Below, in pieces: positions 38,928 to 52,599 of a stretch of DNA of 64,000 nucleotides. The DNA is from Gammaproteobacteria bacterium (GTDB lineage: Bacteria; Pseudomonadota; Gammaproteobacteria; AKS1), in the NCBI GenBank assembly GCA_027006175.1, contig JALTKS010000038.1, positions 24,080 to 88,079 on the forward strand. The letters run 5' to 3'. The notes under the pieces were generated by a model. That model searched no databases and had not been told where the DNA came from. It saw only the letters and a program-made list of their open reading frames with translations. The translations under genes and the position numbers were made by a program. The stretch's first letter is position 1. Each line of letters begins with the position of its first letter.

Positions 38928-40524
38928 TACACAATCTTCAACATCCTATGCATCGGTTAGTTATTTACAACAATATCAGTTAAACCGTGAACCTTTTGCA
39001 ATTGATCCTGAATCTAATCAGGATGATTTCTTTTTACTTGATGCAGAACGAGCACAACGCCTTAACATGCTCTACCACATGTGCCAGAACAGTGAACTTT
39101 TATTAGTTGTATCTGGCGTTCAAGGAAGTGGTAAAACCAGCCTGTTAAATAAATTTCTGGAAATGCGCTCTGACAGTTGGCGCCACTGCGTTATTAATGC
39201 CACAGCTACCACTAACCCGGACCAACTTCTCATTGAAATTGGCGAAGGATTTGGTCTCCCTCAAGACTCGGTTAATTTTGGTAGTGGCTTTGAGATGTTA
39301 CAAAAACGTCTCACTGAAATGAAACGCAGTGAACTGATGCCAATTCTTATTATTGATGATGCTCACCAACTTCCTACTGCCTCATTAACTATTTTATTAA
39401 AACTGTCTGAACTTGCTGATGACGATGAACGTTTATTAAGAATTGTTTTATTTGGTGAGCCCACACTCAACGAAATGTTCAATGCCCCCGAGCTTAAAGA
39501 AGTTAAACATAGAATTACCCATACCTTAACAATGCCTTCTTTGGATGAAAAACAAACGATCGAATACATTCAATACCGTTTGTCTATTGCAGGCTTGCAA
39601 GGTGATAACCCATTCAGTTCATCTCAAATGAAACAAATTCATCGTCAGGCAAATGGTATCCCTGGCCTTATCAATCAACATGCTCAAGATATTTTATTAC
39701 GCTCTATTACCAAAAATGATCCTGTTCCAGACTTTGCGATACGATTCCGTTCAGGTATTACCGTCATTGTTATTCTTGCTATTGCAGCAGGCATAACCTG
39801 GTTCCTTAGTCGTGATGTCATCGAGTCATTGGGGAAATCTCAGTCTGATCGTACCGCCAAACTGGAAACTCGTGAACTCCCCCTGTTACCTCCTAGCAAA
39901 GATGTTGCTGAATCAATAACAGAAAAAACACCGGATTTTGATGCGATCAGTGGTGGTGTACATTCACCAGACGAAAAGAGCAGTACTAATGAAGCAACGA
40001 TCATTCCTGATGACGTTGAACTAAAACCAACCAAGACCGTTACGACAACAGCAATAATTGAATCAGAAAAAGTTTCGTCTCAGCCTACTGAAATTAAACC
40101 TGCTATCACTCAGGAAAAAGAGCCTGAACAACCAAAACAAGTTAAACCAACACCGCCTCCAGTACCCAAAACAGAACCGGTTGTTGTCACTGAAAAACCG
40201 ATCACTACCGACAGTGCTGTTAAAAGTGCTATTGAGCCTGAAAAGAAAGACTGGCTCTCTCAACAAAAAGCCAATCACTTTACCTTACAGTTAATGGGTA
40301 GCCGCAAACGTAGTTCTCTTGTACTGGTACAACGCGCGCATAAGATTACGACTGAGAGCGCCATTATTCGTACTCAATTAAAAGGGGCTGATTGGTTTAT
40401 TCTTATTTACAAAAACTTCCCAAGCAAACAGCAGGCTCGTGATGCGGTGAAAAGACTGCCTAAGGCACTACAACTCACAAAACCATGGCCTCGACCCTTT
40501 AAAGGCTTGAAAAACCTAAATTAG
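38920..40524 (+). CDS. ExeA-like AAA ATPase fused to TM segment, Pro/Lys/Glu-rich linker and C-terminal SPOR domain
   Basis: Starts at ATG 38920 (MSDTQSS...) with the P-loop GVQGSGKTSLLNKF and Walker B PILIIDDAHQL. It has a TM helix (ITVIVILAIAAGITWFL) and a SPOR-like C-terminus (HFTLQLMGSRKR...ADWFILIYKNFPSKQQARDAVKRLP). Confidence 0.8.
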   Translation: MSDTQSSTSYASVSYLQQYQLNREPFAIDPESNQDDFFLLDAERAQRLNMLYHMCQNSELLLVVSGVQGSGKTSLLNKFLEMRSDSWRHCVINATATTNPDQLLIEIGEGFGLPQDSVNFGSGFEMLQKRLTEMKRSELMPILIIDDAHQLPTASLTILLKLSELADDDERLLRIVLFGEPTLNEMFNAPELKEVKHRITHTLTMPSLDEKQTIEYIQYRLSIAGLQGDNPFSSSQMKQIHRQANGIPGLINQHAQDILLRSITKNDPVPDFAIRFRSGITVIVILAIAAGITWFLSRDVIESLGKSQSDRTAKLETRELPLLPPSKDVAESITEKTPDFDAISGGVHSPDEKSSTNEATIIPDDVELKPTKTVTTTAIIESEKVSSQPTEIKPAITQEKEPEQPKQVKPTPPPVPKTEPVVVTEKPITTDSAVKSAIEPEKKDWLSQQKANHFTLQLMGSRKRSSLVLVQRAHKITTESAIIRTQLKGADWFILIYKNFPSKQQARDAVKRLPKALQLTKPWPRPFKGLKNLN

Positions 40525-40525
40525 A

Positions 40526-40542
40526 TGCACCAAAATAGTGCA
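40526..40542. promoter_or_regulatory. NtrC-like palindrome upstream of gltB
   Basis: TGCACC-AAAAT-AGTGCA compared with the enterobacterial NtrC consensus TGCACC-N5-GGTGCA gives 11 of 12 half-site matches. It lies 47 nt upstream of the candidate -35. Confidence 0.3.
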
Positions 40543-40588
40543 AACCGGTAATTCACTATGAATTACAAGGCTTTTAGTCAGATCTGAA

Positions 40589-40618
40589 TTGCTAATTTAA
40601 CCCCCTCGCCTGTATAAT
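40589..40618 (+). promoter_or_regulatory. Candidate sigma70 promoter for gltBD
   Basis: TTGCTA (40589-40594), an 18-nt spacer, then TATAAT (40613-40618), about 75 nt upstream of the gltB GTG. Confidence 0.4.
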
Positions 40619-40692
40619 TACTGCCCTTTTGCCTGGGTCGCAAGAAATCCGGGCGTTCGGAACAATTTCAATCTACGTGAACGGGCTGTACT

Positions 40693-46589
<5,897 letters not shown>

Positions 46590-46646
46590 AACCTAATCGA
46601 TAAGGAAGCGAGAGATTAAAATAATAAACTCTCGCTATAAAAAACT

Positions 46647-47711
46647 ATGAGTGAATTACAAAACGACCGCTTCTTGCGTGCCTTGTTACGTGAGCCTGTA
46701 GACTGCACCCCAATCTGGATCATGCGCCAGGCAGGACGTTATTTACCTGAATATCGTGCAACCCGTGAAAAAGCCGGCGATTTTATGAGTCTGTGTAAAA
46801 ACGCCGATCTTGCTTGTGAAGTCACCTTACAGCCTCTCGAACGTTTTGATCTTGATGCTGCGATTCTTTTCTCGGATATTTTAACCATTCCCGATGCGAT
46901 GGGTTTGGGTCTATATTTCTCAGCCGGTGAAGGTCCGCGTTTTGAAAACCCGGTTCGCAGCAAAGCCGATGTCGATAAAATTGGCATTCCCGATCCTGAA
47001 GGTGAATTGCAATACGTCATGAACGCAGTACGGACTATTCGCCGCGACCTCAATGGGCGTGTGCCATTAATCGGTTTTTCCGGCAGCCCCTGGACACTTG
47101 CCACCTACATGATTGAAGGCAGCGGCACCAAAGACTTTGCCAAAAGCAAAGGCATGATGTTTGAACAACCTGCACTACTGCATAAATTACTCGAAAAACT
47201 CGCCGACAGTGTCACCAGCTACCTCAACGCACAAATTATGGCGGGTGCACAAACAGCGATGATTTTTGATACCTGGGGCGGCGTACTCACCCCACGTGAC
47301 TACAAAGAATTTTCACTACGTTACATGCAACGTATTATTGATGGTCTCATTCGTAAGCACGATGGCCGTAAAGTACCCGTTGTGCTGTTTACCAAAGGTG
47401 GCGGTTGCTGGTTAGAAGACATTGCCGCGGCAGGCCCTGATGCTGCAGGCCTTGACTGGACAACGGATATTGCTGAGGCACGCAAATGTGTCGGTGATAA
47501 AATTGCCTTACAAGGCAACATGGATCCATCAATCCTCTATGCCTCGCCAGAACGCATACAAGAAGAAGTTAAAATGATTCTTGATGGTTATGGCAAAGGC
47601 AGCGGGCATGTCTTTAACCTGGGTCATGGCATCCACCAGCATGTTGATCCTGACAATGTCAAAGTACTTGTTGATGCTGTGCATGAATACAGTCAGGCTT
47701 ACCACAACTAA
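46647..47711 (+). CDS. hemE: Uroporphyrinogen decarboxylase
   Basis: 354 aa with [16 protein letters not shown] and the full-length URO-D pattern. Confidence 0.97.
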   Translation: MSELQNDRFLRALLREPVDCTPIWIMRQAGRYLPEYRATREKAGDFMSLCKNADLACEVTLQPLERFDLDAAILFSDILTIPDAMGLGLYFSAGEGPRFENPVRSKADVDKIGIPDPEGELQYVMNAVRTIRRDLNGRVPLIGFSGSPWTLATYMIEGSGTKDFAKSKGMMFEQPALLHKLLEKLADSVTSYLNAQIMAGAQTAMIFDTWGGVLTPRDYKEFSLRYMQRIIDGLIRKHDGRKVPVVLFTKGGGCWLEDIAAAGPDAAGLDWTTDIAEARKCVGDKIALQGNMDPSILYASPERIQEEVKMILDGYGKGSGHVFNLGHGIHQHVDPDNVKVLVDAVHEYSQAYHN

Positions 47712-47718
47712 GTACCGT

Positions 47719-48396
47719 TCAGCTTGCTTTGCGGTACTCAGTCGTTTGCATCTTTGCTTCCTGTAGCACGCCGTAACGCAATGCCATGTGCGTCATTTCC
47801 ACATCACCGCGCACGTCTAACTTGCTGAATATACGGTAGCGGTAAGTACTCACTGTTTTAGGGCTCAGGCAAAGCTTGTCGGCAATTTCATTTACTTTAA
47901 GACCACTGACAAACATAAACATAATTTGTAGTTCACGATTCGATAACGAAATAAACGGGGATGCCTGCTCATTTCTGGTTGTCTGGTTCGCCATTCCCTG
48001 TGCCACATCGGTACTCACATAACGTTTACCCAGACGAGCTGCCTTAATCGCTGAAAACAAATCATTGACCGAACTCTTTCTACCTAAACAGGCGATAGCA
48101 CCTGCCTGTAAAACACGTGACGGAAATGGCTCATCAACCTGACTGGTTAAAACAATAATTTTCAGATACCTGTTATTTGCCAACATACGACGTGTTACAT
48201 CAAATACTGAAAGATGTTCAGTTCCTAAATCCATGATGACAATATCTGGCTCGCATTGCTTTGCCTTCACTATCGCATCAGCACTTTTTGTTGCCATTTC
48301 AACACTGTTAATCATCTGATTATCTAACAATAACTGGCTAATACCTTCACGAGCCAGATTATATTCATTAACAAGTAATATTTTGCTCATCATCAT
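47719..48396 (-). CDS. GacA/UvrY-like NarL-family response regulator with a degenerate receiver pocket
   Basis: The C-terminal half (SPFISLSNRELQIMFMFVSGLKVNEIADKLCLSPKTVSTYRYRIFSKLDVRGDVEMTHMALRYGV) closely parallels E. coli UvrY as I recall it. In the receiver, the DD pair is NE (LLVNEY). The phospho-Asp position is retained (IVIMDLG) and the conserved Lys region reads LGRK. Confidence 0.85.
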   Translation of the reverse strand: MMMSKILLVNEYNLAREGISQLLLDNQMINSVEMATKSADAIVKAKQCEPDIVIMDLGTEHLSVFDVTRRMLANNRYLKIIVLTSQVDEPFPSRVLQAGAIACLGRKSSVNDLFSAIKAARLGKRYVSTDVAQGMANQTTRNEQASPFISLSNRELQIMFMFVSGLKVNEIADKLCLSPKTVSTYRYRIFSKLDVRGDVEMTHMALRYGVLQEAKMQTTEYRKAS

Positions 48397-48535
48397 TCCC
48401 TCTCATTAGCTTTCTTATGAGTCTATTTTGATGGAATGAGTTTTTGGCGCGATGACACATGACACAGTACAAGTGTGACTTATTCACACGGGCATTACAG
48501 TCACATTAAAAACATAAAAATCAATATGTTACATT

Positions 48536-49543
48536 CTATTTTCGGGTGAGCTTAATTGAGCGAGTATAGTCTTTGGTGCAGTTTATCTGTTTTGCATTCA
48601 CTAATTGACACTCTAGATTATGAACCGTTCTTTGAAAACCCAGCTTTACAACAGGGCTTGGCACAACAGTAGGTGGCTCTTCATCATCATCACCGGGGAT
48701 AATCAATGGTTTCCCCTGCACAACGGATAACACATTATTATTATAAATAACCGTAAATTCACCTGCCTCACTGATATTTTTTACAGTTGCAACAATCCTG
48801 TATTTAAACGTCGTATTCCCGCGATTTCCATTTAGATCCTGCTTTGAAGCACAGGCAAGGCCTCGTCTTTTCTTTTCGCATTGAGTAAAACCAGAGGGTA
48901 AATAACGTGCTGGCTTACCTCCCTCTAACCATTTTGCCTTGAGTAATAAATCGCGCAAATCATCGCTTACAGCGACAGGTTTACTTCGAACCACCGCTCT
49001 AGGCGTTGGCCTTGAAACTGTTTTACGAGGTGTTCTGGCGTTACCACGCTGAACTAACTGAATAACCTTGTCATATTCATTGGCCGCTTTCCAAAAGCCA
49101 CTTGCTTTCGCTCTTTTAAGCCAAAATAATGATTTATCATAATTTTTAGTGAGATACTTACCATCACGGTACATGCCCGCAAGATAGTATTGTGCCGGTG
49201 CATACTTTTTATACGCTGCTTTTCGTAACCATTTTTCTGCCTTGGCGTAATTTTTTTTAACGCCCGTTCCATTTAGCAACATAAAACCAATTTTAAATTG
49301 TGATTTCACATGCCCGCTTTTAGCCGCTTTGCTAAACCAGTTAAAAGCCTTAACTTCATCAATACCAGTTCCCTGCCCTTTAAGATACATATTACCTATA
49401 TCATATTGAGAACGTATCTTACCTGCCTCGGCTTCAGCAATTTTCTTTGAAAATTGCTCATTCCAAATATAATCACTGGTATCTGCAAATATATAATTTG
49501 TTAAAAATACTAATGCAACTAAAATAACTATTTTACTGTTCAT
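48536..49543 (-). CDS. Secreted Sel1-repeat protein with basic linker and 4-Cys C-terminal domain (paralogue A)
   Basis: 335 aa with a signal peptide and about four Sel1/SLR repeats (QYDIGNMYLKGQGTGIDEVKAFNWFSKAAKSGHVKSQFKIG...). The C-terminal domain is shared with the upstream paralogue. Confidence 0.8.
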   Translation of the reverse strand: MNSKIVILVALVFLTNYIFADTSDYIWNEQFSKKIAEAEAGKIRSQYDIGNMYLKGQGTGIDEVKAFNWFSKAAKSGHVKSQFKIGFMLLNGTGVKKNYAKAEKWLRKAAYKKYAPAQYYLAGMYRDGKYLTKNYDKSLFWLKRAKASGFWKAANEYDKVIQLVQRGNARTPRKTVSRPTPRAVVRSKPVAVSDDLRDLLLKAKWLEGGKPARYLPSGFTQCEKKRRGLACASKQDLNGNRGNTTFKYRIVATVKNISEAGEFTVIYNNNVLSVVQGKPLIIPGDDDEEPPTVVPSPVVKLGFQRTVHNLECQLVNAKQINCTKDYTRSIKLTRK

Positions 49544-49582
49544 CGAGAAGGCACACTCCTATGCCTGGTGCATTGCTCTAAT

Positions 49583-50608
49583 TTATATCTTGCGATAAGT
49601 CACTTTTTCTCTCTTTTCACCGCGATAACAAGTCACATCACTAGCCATTACCTTGCAACGCATTAGTTCTTTTTTCTGCGGTCCGTAATCCAGTGGTATC
49701 ACTATGTCAGGATCGTCTGGGTCATCCGGAAAGATTAAGGTTATATTTTTATTATATTCACCCGTAAATTCACCTCTATTTGTAAAATTACTGAATGATG
49801 CCTGCATAATATAAGAAATAACGCCATACGATTCGTTATATTCCATCTCTTTGCTTTCACAAACCAGTTTATTTGATTTTTGCTTACATGTAGTCATTTT
49901 CGAAGGCAGCAATAAAGCAGGCTTCCCTTTCAACTGCCACTGGTTGCTTAATATAATATCTTTTACAATTTTTTCATTCAGCTTAACTGTTTTTACCTTT
50001 CTTGCTTTCACCTTGGGCTTTGGTCTTGGTTTTGCCTTAGGTTTAGCACGTACAACTTTTGCAACCGGTGTCGGTCTTGGATCAAATGCAACTTGACGTT
50101 GTTTTTGCAATGCCAGCTTGGCTTCTAACCTTTCTATCTCACGCTTGGCAGGATTATAACCTGCAGCATATGACTTTTTATGCCACGCAAGCGCTTTATT
50201 TATATCCTGTTTAACACCTTCGCCTGCCGCATAAAGTTTACCCAGATAATACATTGCCGGTTTATACGATTGTTGTGCTGATTTATTTACCCATTTAAAG
50301 CCTTTACTGTGATTCTGTTTGGTGCCTTCACCTCGGTGATATAAATACCCGAGTTTATACTGTGCACGCGAATACCCTTTTTCAGCTGCTTTCTTAAACC
50401 ACTTGTAGGCTTCCTTTGCATCACGTGTTGTACCCTGTCCTTTTAGATACATATTCCCAACATCATATTGAGCTTTAAGATTTCCAGCTTCGGCCTTAAC
50501 CATTTTCTTTGCAAACTGCTGATTCCAGATGTAATCACTTGTATCAGCGACACCTGGCAATGCAACAGAGAATAGACTTAACGCAAGCAATATTTTTTTC
50601 ATACGCAA
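49583..50608 (-). CDS. Secreted Sel1-repeat protein with Lys/Pro-rich linker and 4-Cys C-terminal domain (paralogue B)
   Basis: 341 aa with a signal peptide. It is collinear with paralogue A (ADTSDYIWNQQFAKKMVKAEAGNLKAQYDVGNMYLKGQGT...). The linker is KPKAKPRPKPKVKARKVK, and the C-terminus shares W..GKPA..LPS...C.....L.C.SK...GEFT..YN.N...C......C. Confidence 0.8.
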   Translation of the reverse strand: MRMKKILLALSLFSVALPGVADTSDYIWNQQFAKKMVKAEAGNLKAQYDVGNMYLKGQGTTRDAKEAYKWFKKAAEKGYSRAQYKLGYLYHRGEGTKQNHSKGFKWVNKSAQQSYKPAMYYLGKLYAAGEGVKQDINKALAWHKKSYAAGYNPAKREIERLEAKLALQKQRQVAFDPRPTPVAKVVRAKPKAKPRPKPKVKARKVKTVKLNEKIVKDIILSNQWQLKGKPALLLPSKMTTCKQKSNKLVCESKEMEYNESYGVISYIMQASFSNFTNRGEFTGEYNKNITLIFPDDPDDPDIVIPLDYGPQKKELMRCKVMASDVTCYRGEKREKVTYRKI

Positions 50609-50728
50609 TAACCCCTGACCAATATTGGCAGCCCTCTATCCCCACAGATAATTTAAGAGAAATTCTTGTAAATGGACCTTATAGATAGGTATAGACAACA
50701 ATTCCCTATGCCTCAAGGTTAATCGTAC

Positions 50729-51616
50729 TTATGGAAGTAAAATAAGCAGTTTTTCCAGAATATTATTGGCTTGAGAGGCATAACCACCGCCAAACATATT
50801 GAAATGGTTAAGAATATGATACAACTTGTATATATCACGTCTTCTTGAATAACCTGCATCTAAAGGCCAAATTTGCTCATAGGCGGAATAGAATTCTTGA
50901 GAAAATCCACCAAATAACTCGGTCATGGCAATATCTGTCTCTCTATCACCATAATAAACAGCCGGATCGTAGATAACAGGCTGACCCGCCTCATCATACG
51001 CTGCATTTCCTGCCCATAAATCCCCGTGTAAAAGTGATGGCATAGGAACATAATTATCAAAATAAAAATCTAATTCTTCTAATAATAGTTGACCATTATT
51101 AAGTAACTTTCTGCTTGCCCCCCGCTTCGAGGCTAATTTCAATTGATATCCGAGCCGTTGCTGGCGCAAAAAATCGACCCAATCCGCACACCAGCTATTT
51201 TTTTGCGGCGTGGCACCAATGGTATTTTCACGATGCCAGCCGTGCCCACAACCATTTGAGTCAGTTTGATGCAGTTTTGCTAATTGCTGCCCCATCAACG
51301 CCCCATTTGCAGTACCTGACAGATCAAGGTTCTCCAGTACTAAATATGCATGAGCCCTGGTTTCACCGTAGCAAACAGGAGCAGGGACACGAATCACTTT
51401 CGCCCGTGCCAATTCAAGCAAACCTTCGGCTTCAGCAACAAACATTGCAATGCGGCTAGCATGATTTAACTTCAGGAAAAATTGACGACCACACTCCCCT
51501 TGTAAACGATAGGTCTCATTGATATCTCCACCACCGACAGCCACGTGGTTCTTTAATATAAAAGGGGTTGCTGTACTGCTGGAAATATCAGCACTAATTA
51601 CCTGACTATCAAACAT
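50729..51616 (-). CDS. Fructosamine/ketosamine-3-kinase family protein
   Basis: 295 aa with an APH-like kinase fold and the catalytic region SLLHGDLWAGNAAY. It resembles YniA-type fructosamine kinases. Confidence 0.88.
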   Translation of the reverse strand: MFDSQVISADISSSTATPFILKNHVAVGGGDINETYRLQGECGRQFFLKLNHASRIAMFVAEAEGLLELARAKVIRVPAPVCYGETRAHAYLVLENLDLSGTANGALMGQQLAKLHQTDSNGCGHGWHRENTIGATPQKNSWCADWVDFLRQQRLGYQLKLASKRGASRKLLNNGQLLLEELDFYFDNYVPMPSLLHGDLWAGNAAYDEAGQPVIYDPAVYYGDRETDIAMTELFGGFSQEFYSAYEQIWPLDAGYSRRRDIYKLYHILNHFNMFGGGYASQANNILEKLLILLP

Positions 51617-51624
51617 TCTGCGTT

Positions 51625-52224
51625 TTAATCTCGATGTAAATGAAGTCGCTCATGCAAGGGGCTGCTACGAGGAAAATGCGCCAAAAGAAATTCCATTTGA
51701 TCTGCCAATACACGCTTACTCTGTAAATAGACATACTCCGCATGAGTGGGTATAAAAGGCACTGCTAGCAAGGCTATACCTGCCTGTTCTGGTGTTCTAC
51801 CTGCTTTATGGTTATTACAACGTTTACATGCAGTTACTACATTGTTCCAGCTATCCGCACCTGATTGGCTCAACGGGGTAACATGATCACGCGATAAATC
51901 CCGATCCAGAAAATGCGAACCGCAATACATACACAAATGTGCATCACGCTTAAAAAGTGCTTTATTATTTAATGGCGGGCTATAGTACTTTCTTGCTTTT
52001 GATGCAGCACAACTGCCGTGTGTTGCAACAATAGAATTAACATTAATAACGCTACGTTGACCGCTATGCGCATTAACGCCACCGCGCACTCGATAGAGTA
52101 AAGAGCCACAACTATAAGCAACCTGCTCTAAATGATATAAGCGAACCGCATCCTGATAATTAATCCATTCCAGTGGCATACCCGCAGCATCTGTTCTTAG
52201 TATCTGTTGAGTAAAACCAGTCAC
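51625..52224 (-). CDS. HNH endonuclease-domain protein
   Basis: 199 aa with a GTG start 6 nt after AAGGAG. The HNH/Zn motif is CMYCGSHF...DHVTPLSQSGADSWNNVVTACKRCNNHK. The stop lies 8 nt before the fructosamine kinase start. Confidence 0.85.
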   Translation of the reverse strand: MTGFTQQILRTDAAGMPLEWINYQDAVRLYHLEQVAYSCGSLLYRVRGGVNAHSGQRSVINVNSIVATHGSCAASKARKYYSPPLNNKALFKRDAHLCMYCGSHFLDRDLSRDHVTPLSQSGADSWNNVVTACKRCNNHKAGRTPEQAGIALLAVPFIPTHAEYVYLQSKRVLADQMEFLLAHFPRSSPLHERLHLHRD

Positions 52225-52293
52225 ATCTAACTCCTTCTTTCATGCGTAAGGCTAAGCTACCCTGATTATATTCATATAATCAAGCAAGCGGCC

Positions 52294-52324
52294 AAAAAAA
52301 ACGGGGTACCAAAGTGGTACCCCG
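52294..52324 (-). terminator. Orphan intrinsic terminator with no annotated upstream ORF on its strand
   Basis: The minus-strand RNA reads CGGGGUACC-ACUUU-GGUACCCCG followed by U8. The stem is 52302-52310 / 52316-52324 and the run on the plus strand is A8 at 52294-52301. It lies about 70 nt upstream of the HNH start, and no ORF of 60 aa or more lies upstream on the minus strand before 52600. Confidence 0.7.
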
Positions 52325-52599
52325 AAAACATCTCTAAGGAGGAGAAACTACAATTTGCAGACACTACGTCCATTCACCATTTGGCTTACTAAACAATGAT
52401 GCAATGCCCATGCCAAGCTGAAATAACCGATTATCAATCACTTAGCATCAATGATAAACCTTGTTTTCGTCATTTTATTGACCAATTACGTCAGTGATAT
52501 GACGCACTGGGGCCATGCTTATGTTTATTTACTTGAAGAGTCTGCTATAACCTCTATGCTTTACTAGATATTTTAGTATCAAGTCCTGGACGACACGGC

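Noticed and set aside
46590-46646. 8-bp inverted repeat AGCGAGAG / CTCTCGCT after gltD, considered as a terminator.
   Set aside because: It has a 14-nt AT-rich loop and no downstream U-tract on the plus strand. hemE follows within 57 nt and is probably co-transcribed, so the structure is too weak to call.
52335-52399. Strong plus-strand SD-like TAAGGAGGAG followed by a possible 14-codon TTG ORF.
   Set aside because: There is no ATG or GTG at proper spacing, and the only candidate start (TTG at 52355) is 12 nt from the SD. The purine run is better explained as the complement of a CUCCUCC motif in a minus-strand sRNA or leader that ends at the adjacent terminator.
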